Shown: positions 28,325 to 37,947 of the stretch, one piece after another
How the letters are laid out: every line of letters starts with the position of its first letter
Position numbering within the stretch: position 1 is the first letter of the stretch
Assembly: GCA_965223905.1 (NCBI GenBank)
Contig: CBDCXV010000011.1
Coordinates: 224,001 to 288,000, forward strand
Source: Candidatus Latescibacterota bacterium
Lineage (GTDB): Bacteria > Latescibacterota > UBA2968 > UBA8231
Direction of reading: 5' to 3'
Length of the DNA stretch: 64,000 nt
Translations under genes and position numbers: made by a program
The notes under the pieces: generated by a model
What the model saw: the letters and a program-made list of their open reading frames with translations, nothing else
Database searches by the model: none
Told to the model about the DNA's origin: nothing

Positions 28325-29101
28325 CTAGACGATCGTCCAGCCTCCGTCGACGACGAGGGTGTGACCGGTCACCATGCTGGCGGCCTCGGAAGCGAGGAAA
28401 ATCACCGGGCCTGAGATCTCTTCCGGTTCGGCGAGGTCTCCGCGCAGCAGATTCTTGGTACGCACCGCTTCGCGAAACGCCGCGCTCGCCTTAAGCGCCC
28501 CCTCCGCCAAGGGCGACCGCGTTACCGTAGGGGCCACCGCATTAACGCGGATTCCGAATTCCGCCCATTCCGCGGCCATGGTCCGCGTCAGGTTGTTCAC
28601 CCCGCCCTTAGCACCGCTGTACGGACCCCGTTCAGGAGCACCCACGACGCCGGCCTGCGACGAGATGTTGACGATACTGCCGCCGTTGCCTGCCGCGATC
28701 ATTTTCCTGGCCGCTATCTGACTGCAGAAGAAGACGTTCTTGAGGTTGGCGTCGACGATCTGATGGTAGAGTTCTTCGTCGTAATCGAGGATCTTGCCCA
28801 GCTTGTTGTACCCGGCGTTGTTGACAAGCACGTCGACGCGCCCGAACTCGGCGACCACCGCGTCGAAAAAAGCCTGTATCGAGGCGACGTCGACGACGTC
28901 CAGGGGATGGTAGAAACAGTTCCTCCCGATCTTTTGGATTTCTTCGGCCAGCGTTTCCAGCTCATTCAGGGTGCGGCTGCCGGCAGCCACGTCTGCCCCC
29001 GAGCGCGCCGCGTCGAGGGCAATCGTGCGACCGATACCGCGGCCGGCGCCGGTGACTACGACGATTTTTTCCTTCAGCTCGAAGCGTTCGAGGTGTCCCA
29101 A
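28325..29101 (-). CDS. SDR family oxidoreductase
   Basis: VTGAGRGIG, LVNNAG, NISS, YSGAK (YxxxK), VNAVAP, LVVDGGW. Confidence 0.93.
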   Translation of the reverse strand: MGHLERFELKEKIVVVTGAGRGIGRTIALDAARSGADVAAGSRTLNELETLAEEIQKIGRNCFYHPLDVVDVASIQAFFDAVVAEFGRVDVLVNNAGYNKLGKILDYDEELYHQIVDANLKNVFFCSQIAARKMIAAGNGGSIVNISSQAGVVGAPERGPYSGAKGGVNNLTRTMAAEWAEFGIRVNAVAPTVTRSPLAEGALKASAAFREAVRTKNLLRGDLAEPEEISGPVIFLASEAASMVTGHTLVVDGGWTIV

Positions 29102-29150
29102 ATTTCCTTCCTTCCGGTTGGTTACGAGGCCTGCGAAATCTTTATGGGCC

Positions 29151-29912
29151 TCAGGAAAGCCCCATGGCCTGCAGGTTCTTCAAGCTCGTGCCGAGGCTCT
29201 CGAAAGGGTCGCGCAGGCATTGGTCCTGCTCGACGAGATAATATTCGATGCCGGCTTCCCTGCAGGCGGCCAGGATCGGCCCCCATTCCAGGTTGCCTTC
29301 CCCGACCTCGGCGAACAACTGCCGGCTACCGCTCATCGCCATGTCCTTGAGGTGTACGAGGTGCATGCGCCCGCACAGCCGCCGAACCCAGGAAACCGGG
29401 TTCCCTCCCCCGTGTTGGATCCAGTAGGTATCCACTTCGAAGCAGAACACGTCAGGGTCGCTCTCCGCGGCGAGTATCTCGAGCCCGGTGCGGCCCCCGA
29501 AGCGCTCGAGCTCGAAGCTGTGGTTGTGATAGCTGAACGTCAGTCCTGCATCGATCAGGGGACGTGCCGTCCGCGAGGCATCGGCTGCGAAACGCGCGAA
29601 CCCGTCGGCGTTGCGGTATTCCGCTGGCATGCCTCCGATGCCGACGTGCCGGCAGTTCCACAGCCGGTGTTCCGCGATCACCGACTCGACGTCATCCCGT
29701 ACGCGGTCGTAGCTGACGTGGGTGGCGGCAATGGCGACGCCGGCCTCGTCGGCAAAATCGGAAATCTCCTGCGGGGTTCCGGCTCCGTGGCCGGATAGCT
29801 GCGCTGCGGTATACCCCAACTCGCTGACCCTCCTGAGGGTGGCGCGAATGTCCTCCGTGGTTTGGAGGTAATCCCGCAGGGTGAATAGCTGCGCCCCAAT
29901 CATCGATGACAC
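29151..29912 (-). CDS. Sugar phosphate isomerase/epimerase (xylose isomerase-like TIM barrel)
   Basis: QLFTLRD, YHNHSFE, EVDTYW, VHLKD, EVGEG, VEQD. Confidence 0.9.
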   Translation of the reverse strand: MSSMIGAQLFTLRDYLQTTEDIRATLRRVSELGYTAAQLSGHGAGTPQEISDFADEAGVAIAATHVSYDRVRDDVESVIAEHRLWNCRHVGIGGMPAEYRNADGFARFAADASRTARPLIDAGLTFSYHNHSFELERFGGRTGLEILAAESDPDVFCFEVDTYWIQHGGGNPVSWVRRLCGRMHLVHLKDMAMSGSRQLFAEVGEGNLEWGPILAACREAGIEYYLVEQDQCLRDPFESLGTSLKNLQAMGLS

Positions 29913-29988
29913 GGTTCACATCTCCATTGGCGGGTAGAACGGCCCTACCATAGGGATCGCCCCCGGCACCGGTCAAATCACTTCTCGA

Positions 29989-31245
29989 TCAGCGTGCAGG
30001 ATCGTTTCGTTGAACGAATCCCCGCAGCCCGAAGGCGATGCCGCCAATGACCGACAGGGCCGACGCGGCCATACAGCCGACCGTGACCGGGGCGCTCCAG
30101 GCCTCGGCCATTCCCCCCGCCAGTATGCGCCCCAAGGGGCCGAATCCGATGGCGATCACGAGGGTTCCCATCGCCCGCGCCCGCATCAGGTCGGATGACT
30201 CGACGAGAATGATCGTGCTTTGCATGACACTGAATCCCGCATGTCCGATGCCTACGGCGACCAGAATCGACAACGACACCGGCAACGAGTTCGATTGCGA
30301 GAAACCGATCAACCCCAGACAGGAGACCATGGAAGCGGCTGCGAAGATCCAGGCCTGGCTCCTGGTCCTTCTCAGCAAGGAAATCAGCAGCAGACCGGCC
30401 AGGTTTCCAAGGCCGCTGGCGGCCCCGAGCAAGCCGAGCCCGAGGACATCCGTTCCGAGGATGTCACGGGCGAATACCGGCAGCAGATCCAGGTATGGAA
30501 ACGCCCACAGGTTCATTGCCACGGTTATCAGAAGAACCCCGAGGATGGCTCGGTTGCCGAAGACGTAGCGCAGGCCATCCCGGCAGCGTCGGGCGGAGTC
30601 GGCCAGACCTCCGGGTCGTTGCGGTGAGCGCGACCGGGTTCGGATGCCGGCCAATACCAACACCGAAACGCCTGCGGAGGCCGTCAGGGCGATCAGGGCC
30701 CCCCGGGTGCCGGTGACGGCGACGACGGCGCCTGCGGAAAGCGGGCCGAACACCCGGGTAACGCTCTGAAGCAGGTTGTCGAGGAACATGGCGTCCACCA
30801 CCTTGCTCTTTCCCAGCAGGTCCGGGAAGAGCGAACGGCGCGTGGGCCAGTCCATGGACCAGACAGTGCCGGTAACCGTCGCCGCGGCCGCCAGATGCCA
30901 GTACGACAGTGACCCGTACAGGTGCAGAAGGGTGACCGTGCCGACGGAGAGAAAAGTGACGCTCTGGGCGAAAACGATAACCTGTCGGCGTTGAAATCGC
31001 TCCACGATCACCGGCCCGAAAACTCCTGCCAGCGGCATTGGGGCCGAGCGGAAAAAACCGATCAACGCCACCCACCAGGCCGAATCGGTCAGCTCCAGCG
31101 CCAGCCAGCCGATGACGACCTGCTCGACCCCCATGGCCTGCCACCAGAGGCCGTTGCTTATGAGCAGACGCAGGAAGTCGCGGTTTCGCAGCGGCGCCAG
31201 GAAGCCATTGCCCCCGGACCCGGAGCTTTCGAGGCTTCGGTTCAA
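29989..31245 (-). CDS. MFS transporter (DHA3/MFS_3-like)
   Basis: LRNRDFLRL, GWLALELTDS, ERFQRR, DWPTRRSL.PDL, MRARAMG; 12 TM. Confidence 0.9.
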   Translation of the reverse strand: MNRSLESSGSGGNGFLAPLRNRDFLRLLISNGLWWQAMGVEQVVIGWLALELTDSAWWVALIGFFRSAPMPLAGVFGPVIVERFQRRQVIVFAQSVTFLSVGTVTLLHLYGSLSYWHLAAAATVTGTVWSMDWPTRRSLFPDLLGKSKVVDAMFLDNLLQSVTRVFGPLSAGAVVAVTGTRGALIALTASAGVSVLVLAGIRTRSRSPQRPGGLADSARRCRDGLRYVFGNRAILGVLLITVAMNLWAFPYLDLLPVFARDILGTDVLGLGLLGAASGLGNLAGLLLISLLRRTRSQAWIFAAASMVSCLGLIGFSQSNSLPVSLSILVAVGIGHAGFSVMQSTIILVESSDLMRARAMGTLVIAIGFGPLGRILAGGMAEAWSAPVTVGCMAASALSVIGGIAFGLRGFVQRNDPAR

Positions 31246-31257
31246 GATCGAGGCCCG

Positions 31258-31380
31258 TCAGCGCGAGCAGGAGCTGCACTTGCGCGCCGCAGCTGCGAAC
31301 AGCTGTACAGGATCGTTCGTAGGGGAGAAACTCAGCCCTGTTGACAAGGTCGATGCCAAGGCGAGAGCGGACTGCACCAT
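31258..31380 (-). CDS. Putative 40-aa small protein ending in KCSSCSR
   Basis: AGGAGG about 9 nt upstream of ATG 31380; MVQSALALASTLSTGLSFSPTNDPVQLFAAAARKCSSCSR; no recognised homolog. Confidence 0.35.
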   Translation of the reverse strand: MVQSALALASTLSTGLSFSPTNDPVQLFAAAARKCSSCSR

Positions 31381-31499
31381 GAGGGCTCTCCTCCTGCTTG
31401 CGATGCCCTCGAACTCGGGATTCTTGAAAATAATGGCGGGTGGCTCCTGAACGGAGACCTGTGCGGGATCCCGATCCGTTCCGCACGAACTGCCGAAAA

Positions 31500-31516
31500 G
31501 GCAGAAGAGGTGCCAG
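31500..31516 (-). promoter_or_regulatory. Putative sigma54 -24/-12 promoter
   Basis: Minus strand CTGGCACCTCTTCTGCC: TGGCAC with exact GG-N10-GC spacing; intergenic. Confidence 0.4.
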
Positions 31517-31553
31517 GCCCAGTTCCACCCGACCCGGGGCTTCGGCGGGGGAA

Positions 31554-31575
31554 TCCCGAAGATCAATCTTCGGGA
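31554..31575. promoter_or_regulatory. Perfect palindrome (possible activator site or hairpin)
   Basis: TCCCGAAGAT-CA-ATCTTCGGGA with 10-bp arms, upstream of the sigma54-like motif and downstream of ftsH. Confidence 0.4.
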
Positions 31576-31694
31576 AAGACCTTGTTTGCAGAAGCAGACG
31601 GGCTGCTTCCCAATCAGGCGGTCCAGCCCAAAGTTCAGGGCATCAACTCGGAAGCGGGAGGTGTCGGGATGACATCTTCCCTGTCCGGGGTCGT

Positions 31695-33626
31695 TTACTC
31701 TTCGCGGCTCCCGTCGTCGGCGGTGGCGAGGGAGTCGGTGGCAACGGAATCAACACTGACGTCGGAGTCGGCGGTTTTTCCATTACCGGAAGAGTCGGGG
31801 CCGGTTTCCGAATCACTCTCGGACAGGGGTTCGGATTCATCCCCGCTGAGCAGATGACGCAACTCTTCCCCCTCCATTATCTCTTTTTCGAACAGCACCC
31901 CTACGACCTTTTCCAGCACCTCGCGCCGTTCGACGAGCACCTCCTTCGCCCTGGAGTACGACTCGTCGATGATGCGCGCTACCTCGCCGTCGATGCGCCT
32001 TGCGGTGTCCTCACTATAGAGTTTTTCCCCGTTGGGGATTCCCAGGAACTGCTGCTGGCGACTTTCGCGATGGGCGACGAGGCCGAGCCGTTCGCTCATG
32101 CCGTATTCCTTTACCATGCTCTCGGCAATCTGCGTCGCTTTCTGCAGATCGCTGGCAGCGCCGGTCGAAATTTCCCCGAAAACGACCTCCTCCGCGGCGC
32201 GTCCCCCCAGCAGGGCACAGGTGTTGTCGAGCAGCTCTTCCCTCGTCATCAGGTAGCGGTCCTCCGTCGGCATGTTCATAGTGTATCCGAGAGCACCGAC
32301 TCCCCTGGGGATTATCGAAATCTTCTGAATGGGATTCGCATCTTCCAGCACTTCTCCAACGATCGCGTGACCGGCCTCGTGATAGGCGACGATGCGGCGT
32401 TCCTTCTCGTTCAGGACACGGCTCTTGCGCTCGAGGCCGGCGACGGCTCGCTCCACAGCCTCGCTGAGCTCATCCATGGTGATGGCCTGCTTGTCGCGCC
32501 GCGCGGCGAGCAGCGCCGCTTCGTTGACGACGTTTGCGAGATCGGCCCCGGCGAACCCGGGGGTCTGGATCGCCACCTTTTTGAGCTCGACCTCGTCGGC
32601 GAGTTTGGCATCGCGGGCGTGAATCTCGAGGATGGCGGTTCGTCCCTTTACGTCAGGCCGGTCGACGGTAACGGTACGGTCGAAGCGACCCGGTCGCAGC
32701 AACGCCGGGTCGAGAATCTCCGGCCTGTTGGTCGCCGCCATCAGGATGATTCCCACGTTGGTGTCGAACCCGTCGAGTTCGGTCAGGAGCTGATTCAGGG
32801 TCTGTTCGCGCTCGTCGTGGCCTCCGAATGAGCCGCCCCCTCTGGCTTTGCCAAGCGCATCGAGCTCGTCGATGAAGACGATCGCCGGAGCGTGCTTCTT
32901 CGCCTGCTCGAAAAGATCGCGAACGCGCGCCGCCCCGACTCCCACGAACATCTCGACGAAGTCCGAACCGCTGATCGAGAAGAAGGGAACTTCGGCCTGC
33001 CCGGCAACGGCTTTTGCCAGCAGGGTTTTTCCCGTGCCTGGCGGACCGACCAGCAGCACCCCCCGCGGAATGCGACCTCCGAGGGCCTGAAACCGCTCCG
33101 GGGTCTTGAGAAACTCGACTACCTCTTCCAGCTCTTCCTTGGCCTCGTCGATACCGGCAACATCGTCGAAGGTTATTCCCGTCCCCTTCTCCATGTACAC
33201 TTTGGCCTTGCTCTTGCCGATCGACATCAAGCCCCCGGAGCCGCCCCCCATGCGGCGGGCCATCAGCATCCAGATACCGACGAAAATCAGGGCCGGAAGA
33301 ACCCAGGACAGCAGTGTCGTGAACCAAGTGCTCTCGATCTTCCCGGAAAAGTCGATATCGTGCTCGGCGAGGAGGCTGACCAATTCCGGGTCGTCCACCC
33401 GGGTCACCACGAAACTCTTCTCTGCACCGTCTGAGAAATACCTGCCGGTGATCGAATCGGATCCGATGGAGACTTCCCGGACTGCTCCTTCGGCGACCAT
33501 GGCGCGGAAGTCGCTGTATGGAAGCGTATGAACCTGGCCTTGGAGATAACTCTGAATGACGAGAAGGAGCAGAACGGTCAGTATCGCGTACGCGATCGAC
33601 AGCTGCGTCCGGCGATCCAGTCTCAC
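31695..33626 (-). CDS. ftsH: ATP-dependent zinc metalloprotease FtsH
   Basis: 2 [47 protein letters not shown]; acidic Ser/Asp tail. Confidence 0.97.
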   Translation of the reverse strand: MRLDRRTQLSIAYAILTVLLLLVIQSYLQGQVHTLPYSDFRAMVAEGAVREVSIGSDSITGRYFSDGAEKSFVVTRVDDPELVSLLAEHDIDFSGKIESTWFTTLLSWVLPALIFVGIWMLMARRMGGGSGGLMSIGKSKAKVYMEKGTGITFDDVAGIDEAKEELEEVVEFLKTPERFQALGGRIPRGVLLVGPPGTGKTLLAKAVAGQAEVPFFSISGSDFVEMFVGVGAARVRDLFEQAKKHAPAIVFIDELDALGKARGGGSFGGHDEREQTLNQLLTELDGFDTNVGIILMAATNRPEILDPALLRPGRFDRTVTVDRPDVKGRTAILEIHARDAKLADEVELKKVAIQTPGFAGADLANVVNEAALLAARRDKQAITMDELSEAVERAVAGLERKSRVLNEKERRIVAYHEAGHAIVGEVLEDANPIQKISIIPRGVGALGYTMNMPTEDRYLMTREELLDNTCALLGGRAAEEVVFGEISTGAASDLQKATQIAESMVKEYGMSERLGLVAHRESRQQQFLGIPNGEKLYSEDTARRIDGEVARIIDESYSRAKEVLVERREVLEKVVGVLFEKEIMEGEELRHLLSGDESEPLSESDSETGPDSSGNGKTADSDVSVDSVATDSLATADDGSREE

Positions 33627-33677
33627 TGGAGAATCGTCCTAAGAAGTTGAAGAAACAAAAGTTACGTGCGTCGATGG

Positions 33678-33706
33678 AAAATAACTCTGCCCCACATCGC
33701 GGTCAA
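33678..33706 (-). promoter_or_regulatory. Putative sigma70 promoter for ftsH
   Basis: TTGACC-17 nt-TATTTT on the minus strand. Confidence 0.45.
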
Positions 33707-33759
33707 GCAAAGCGGCTGTGATCGCGAGCTGAGGCAGAGGCTCCGAAATAGAGCTCTGC

Positions 33760-35028
33760 TCAGGCCAGAAGACCCGGCGTCTCGAGAGTCTCCTTCAGAC
33801 GGCCGAGAAAACGGGCACAGGCCGCACCATCGAGGGCGCGGTGATCGGCTGCCAGGGTCACCGACATCTGGGGGCGAACCGCCATCCCGTGATTCTCGAT
33901 GGCCACCACCCTGTCTTCGAGGGTGCCTACGGCGAGTATGGCGACCTGGGGGGGATTGATTATGGCAGTGAAGCGAGAGACTCCGAGCATGCCGAGATTC
34001 GAAATGGTAAACGTGCCGCCCGCCATGTCGTCCGGCTGCAGGCGGCCGTTGCGGGCGGCATCAACGAGGCGCCTGGACTCCGCGGCAATCTGCTCCAGCG
34101 AAAGGTTGGGGACGTCGCGGACTACCGGGACCATCAGCCCCTGCGTGGTGTCGGCGGCGATTCCGATATTGACCTCCCCGAGCTGCGTCAGGGTGGTTCC
34201 GTTCAGCACGCTGTTGAAACGGGGCTGTTCCTCCAAAACCCGGCCAACCGCCTGCAAGATCAGGTCGTTGTAGGAGATCTTTTTCCCCTCGATGGCATAC
34301 CCCTGGCGGAACTGCTGGAGCCAGACCCCGGATATCTCCATCCCGATGTGGATGTGGGGAATCTGCTGATAGCTGGCCGTAAGCCGTTCGGCAGCAACCT
34401 GCTGGGCTCGAGTCAACTCGACCGTCCCCGGTGCGTGGACTGCAACCGGCGCGGCAGCCGAGGCCGGTGCTTCGGGAGCTGCGACGGCCTTGGGAGCCTC
34501 TGAGCCGACCTGGGCTTTCAGGTCGGAGCTGACAATGCGCCCACCGGGTCCCGAGCCCTGAATGGATGCCAGATCGAGGCCGAGGGCGTCCGCCATCTTG
34601 CGCGCCTTGGGGGAAGCCCGATGGGGCCGCCCGTGGCCGGAAGGCGAGACCGGACCGGGAGCCGGCGAATCGCCGGAAACTGCGGGTGGCGGTTCTGACA
34701 CGGGCGCATGCTCCGAGGTAATACTCCGCCCCACCTCTCCCTTTCCTGCCTTTGCCGCAAGTTGAGACTCGAAATCGCCGATCTCTTCCTCCGCATCGGC
34801 AATGATGCCGACCGGAGTGGCGACCGCCACCTCTTCCCCTGCCGGTACCAGGATTCTGCGGAGAACCCCGGAGGCCTGGGCTTCCACTTCCATTGTAACC
34901 TTGTCGGTGACGACCTCGAGCAGCGGTGCCCCACGCACCACTGCTTCCCCTTCGGATACCAGCCAGGATCCGATCGTCCCGGTCTCCATGGTGAGGCCCA
35001 GTTTGGGCATGACGACTTCCGTAGCCAT
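33760..35028 (-). CDS. Dihydrolipoamide acyltransferase (E2) of a 2-oxoacid/acetoin dehydrogenase
   Basis: Lipoyl domain EVVTDKVTME, E3-binding ASPKARK...GSGPGGRI, catalytic GTFTISNLG and DHRALDG. Confidence 0.93.
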   Translation of the reverse strand: MATEVVMPKLGLTMETGTIGSWLVSEGEAVVRGAPLLEVVTDKVTMEVEAQASGVLRRILVPAGEEVAVATPVGIIADAEEEIGDFESQLAAKAGKGEVGRSITSEHAPVSEPPPAVSGDSPAPGPVSPSGHGRPHRASPKARKMADALGLDLASIQGSGPGGRIVSSDLKAQVGSEAPKAVAAPEAPASAAAPVAVHAPGTVELTRAQQVAAERLTASYQQIPHIHIGMEISGVWLQQFRQGYAIEGKKISYNDLILQAVGRVLEEQPRFNSVLNGTTLTQLGEVNIGIAADTTQGLMVPVVRDVPNLSLEQIAAESRRLVDAARNGRLQPDDMAGGTFTISNLGMLGVSRFTAIINPPQVAILAVGTLEDRVVAIENHGMAVRPQMSVTLAADHRALDGAACARFLGRLKETLETPGLLA

Positions 35029-35133
35029 CGAACCTCTCTTGCCTTGTTTATCGCCTGTTTGAATGCAGGGTTGTTGCTTGGGAAATGACCGCTGCCTCCG
35101 GCGACATCCTCGACTTTGCGGCAGTTTCGGGCG

Positions 35134-36231
35134 CTATGAGGTGCTGGACGGGGGCCGCTGCAACCTTCTGGCCTGGTCCAGTGCTTCAAGGATCTGGCTG
35201 ATTCCCACGGCCCGCACGTTTTTGGCCTGAACGACCACGACCCGATCGTTTCTGGGACTGATCCAGCGCCGGGCATCTTCGTCGAAGATGGCAACCACCG
35301 GGACCCGCAGATAAATCGACAGATGCAGAATATCGGTGTTGCAGGAAACCAGTGCGCGACAACCTCCGAGCAACGCGGCAGCCCCGGACAGATCCTGGAG
35401 ATCGAAGGCGAGAATGCGGTTGCCGTAAGTCGATTTAAAATAGTCGACCCGTTTTCTCTCCGCGAGGGTAAAGAACAGGATCGCCCTTGCACCCCCATGG
35501 ATCAGGCCCCCGACCATGTTGTCGACCTGCCGCCTGCTCATCCCCTTCCCTTCCCGTCGCGACAGGTCGATGGCGACGACGTCGCCGACGTCGCCGGCCC
35601 CGAATTCTTCTGAGAGGTAGCGGAACCGCACCTCACGGGCACGATCCTGAGGGATCGACCAGCCGCCTTTCCCGCCACTTTCCAGGTCTAGCAGGCTCAA
35701 CATCACCTCGTACTGCCTCCCCTCGAAGGCATGCCTGTCTTCGCACACGATCTCGAAGTTGAACCAATCTCCCGGATCCGGGCGACTGAATCCGACCCGA
35801 AGCCGGGCTCCGCTCCGGGCGCACACCTGACAAAGTCGGAAGCTGCAGTCCGGTCCCAGGCAGATAGCGAGATCGAATTGACGACCCCGCAGCGACTTGG
35901 TGAATCGGCGCTGGGATGAGTTCCAGACCGGACCGGAGTCCAACTCGGCGGTGATGACCTCGTCGACACATGAAATCTGCTTGGCCAGCCCCGCCATGTG
36001 TTCTCCACAGACGAGGGCTATTTCGGCGTCCGGAAAGCACCGGCGAAGCCCCACGTAGACCGGGACCCCGAAAAAGAGGCCGCCGGCGCGGTCACTGGGC
36101 AAAACCAGAATCCGCTCCGCCTTTTTGAGTTCCGAGAAAACGTCGAGTGTGTCTTTCTCGGAGGGTAACAGTGATCTCCATTTGAGAACCGCCCGCTCCC
36201 AAAAGGATCCTGTTATCCGGGCGCGATTCAT
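35134..36231 (-). CDS. Glycosyltransferase family 9 (heptosyltransferase)-like protein, degenerate motifs
   Basis: RILVL, LRRCFPDAEI, FDLAI, GARLRVGF, LHLS..LRVPVVAIF. Confidence 0.75.
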   Translation of the reverse strand: MNRARITGSFWERAVLKWRSLLPSEKDTLDVFSELKKAERILVLPSDRAGGLFFGVPVYVGLRRCFPDAEIALVCGEHMAGLAKQISCVDEVITAELDSGPVWNSSQRRFTKSLRGRQFDLAICLGPDCSFRLCQVCARSGARLRVGFSRPDPGDWFNFEIVCEDRHAFEGRQYEVMLSLLDLESGGKGGWSIPQDRAREVRFRYLSEEFGAGDVGDVVAIDLSRREGKGMSRRQVDNMVGGLIHGGARAILFFTLAERKRVDYFKSTYGNRILAFDLQDLSGAAALLGGCRALVSCNTDILHLSIYLRVPVVAIFDEDARRWISPRNDRVVVVQAKNVRAVGISQILEALDQARRLQRPPSSTS

Positions 36232-36411
36232 TCTGAAGAATTTGACGTTACCGGACGCCGCCCAGGGGATCGGCTTTCACCCTGCTTGCCTTCTGTATCC
36301 GCCCGGGTCGCGGTATCCGCGGCGGTAGGGGAGGGGTGGAAGTGGCTGAACATCCCGGGCTGGAGCAGCCGATCGTTACGATTTATGTAGAAGGAAACCT
36401 CGTGGGGGGTT

Positions 36412-36441
36412 AGAATATCCTGCGCCTCAGGGCGATGTCAA
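36412..36441 (-). promoter_or_regulatory. Putative sigma70 promoter for the GT9-like gene
   Basis: TTGACA-18 nt-TATTCT on the minus strand. Confidence 0.45.
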
Positions 36442-36524
36442 AGGTCGCTCTGAGGGCAGTTGCAACCGACTCCCGCCGCCGGAATGAGGGAGGGAGTATT
36501 GTTTGGGAACATCAGGCCGCTTCC

Positions 36525-37001
36525 ATGACCATCCCCTCCCGAGACTTCACGGCGACTACGTTCGTCGTCTGGAACCATAAGGTTTTATTGTTGTGGCACA
36601 ACAAGATGCAATCATGGCTTCCCCCTGGAGGTCACATAGCGAAAGACGAGCTACCGGAGGAGGCGGCAGTTCGCGAAGTCCGCGAGGAGGCCGGGCTCGA
36701 GGTCGAGCTTCTCGGGAGTCCGAGGGTCGTCGGAAACGTTACTGTGCTGACGCAGCCCTCATGCATTCTCCTCGAGGATATCGAACCGGGACACCAGCAT
36801 ATCGATCTCATTTACTTCGCAGTGGTCAGCGGTTCCGGGGAGGTGTTCCTCAACGAGCGCGAGGCGGCCCGTTTCAGGTGGTATGACCACGAGCAGTTGC
36901 AGGGTGACGAGATCGCCGAAGACATCCGCCATCTCGGTCGGAGGGCGATCGCCGCGGTCCGGGATCACGGCGAACCGTCCCAATGGCCACCGGGTTCCTG
37001 A
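36525..37001 (+). CDS. NUDIX hydrolase
   Basis: Nudix box GGHIAKDELPEEAAVREVREEAGL; HQHIDLIY; start ATG 36525. Confidence 0.9.
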   Translation: MTIPSRDFTATTFVVWNHKVLLLWHNKMQSWLPPGGHIAKDELPEEAAVREVREEAGLEVELLGSPRVVGNVTVLTQPSCILLEDIEPGHQHIDLIYFAVVSGSGEVFLNEREAARFRWYDHEQLQGDEIAEDIRHLGRRAIAAVRDHGEPSQWPPGS

Positions 37002-37921
37002 CCCACGATCGGTTCCTCGATCACGACAACGGTCCCGGACATCCGGAGCGCGCCGACCGATTGTTGGCGATATGGAGTCGGTTGCGTGAGTCAGGCACCT
37101 GGGAGCGACTGGTTGGACTCGAGCCTGCCGAGGCCGACCGGACGAACCTGACCCAAGTCCACAGTGCCCATCACATCGACCTTATTGAGCGCCTATCCGC
37201 GACAGGAAGGCCTACCGGCCTGACGCCCGATACCGGCATCTCCGGGGCGACTTTCGACGCCGCCCGCCTGGCATCAGGCGGAGCGATCGCGGCTGTCGAT
37301 GCCGTGGTTTCGGGTACTGTAGACAATGCATTCTGCGCCCACCGCCCTCCCGGTCACCACGCCGAGCGCGAACAGGCGATGGGATTCTGCTACTTCAACC
37401 ACGTCGCCGTTGCGGCCAGGCACCTCCTCAACCGCCATGGAGTCCGTCGCATAGCCATTGTCGATTGGGACGTCCATCACGGCAACGGAACCCAGCACAG
37501 CTTCGAATCCGATCCCAACACCTTCTTTTTCAGCATCCATCAGTACCCCCACTACCCCGGAACGGGAGCCGCAGAGGAACGGGGAGTCGGTGCGGGTAAC
37601 GGGGCGACGCTGAATGTTCCCGTCCCGGTGGGCACTGGAGACGCCGAATACGCCCACCTTTTTGCCGAGGTGCTGCGGCCTGCAATCGACGCCTTCGAGC
37701 CGGAGTTCCTGCTTTTGTCCGCTGGATTCGACGCCCACCGCGCCGATCCCCTGGGAGGGGTGCAGCTGACTGAGAAAGGGTTCGAGATATTGACGGAAAC
37801 GGTGGCCGGCATGGCGCGCGACCATTGCGACGGTCGCCTCGTCTCCCTGCTCGAAGGGGGATACGACCTCGAGGCCACCGCGTCTTCCGTGGACGTTCAC
37901 CTGCAAACGCTGCTGGGATAG
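36983..37921 (+). CDS. Histone deacetylase family (AcuC/HDAH) amidohydrolase
   Basis: GHPERADRL, RPPGHHA, GFCYFN, DWDVHHGNGTQ, SAGFDAH, LEGGY. Confidence 0.95.
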   Translation: MATGFLTHDRFLDHDNGPGHPERADRLLAIWSRLRESGTWERLVGLEPAEADRTNLTQVHSAHHIDLIERLSATGRPTGLTPDTGISGATFDAARLASGGAIAAVDAVVSGTVDNAFCAHRPPGHHAEREQAMGFCYFNHVAVAARHLLNRHGVRRIAIVDWDVHHGNGTQHSFESDPNTFFFSIHQYPHYPGTGAAEERGVGAGNGATLNVPVPVGTGDAEYAHLFAEVLRPAIDAFEPEFLLLSAGFDAHRADPLGGVQLTEKGFEILTETVAGMARDHCDGRLVSLLEGGYDLEATASSVDVHLQTLLG

Positions 37922-37947
37922 GGCGGATCCCGAAACCAGTCCGCGGA

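Noticed and set aside
31190-31260. Selenocysteine at the TGA of the 40-aa ORF
   Set aside because: No convincing SECIS hairpin at the right distance and no selenoprotein-like context; kept only as a minor alternative in the finding.
31440-32831. 463-aa ORF antisense to ftsH (likewise 21705-23075, 48947-50056, 52363-53562)
   Set aside because: Antisense mirror of conserved genes; no domain motifs.
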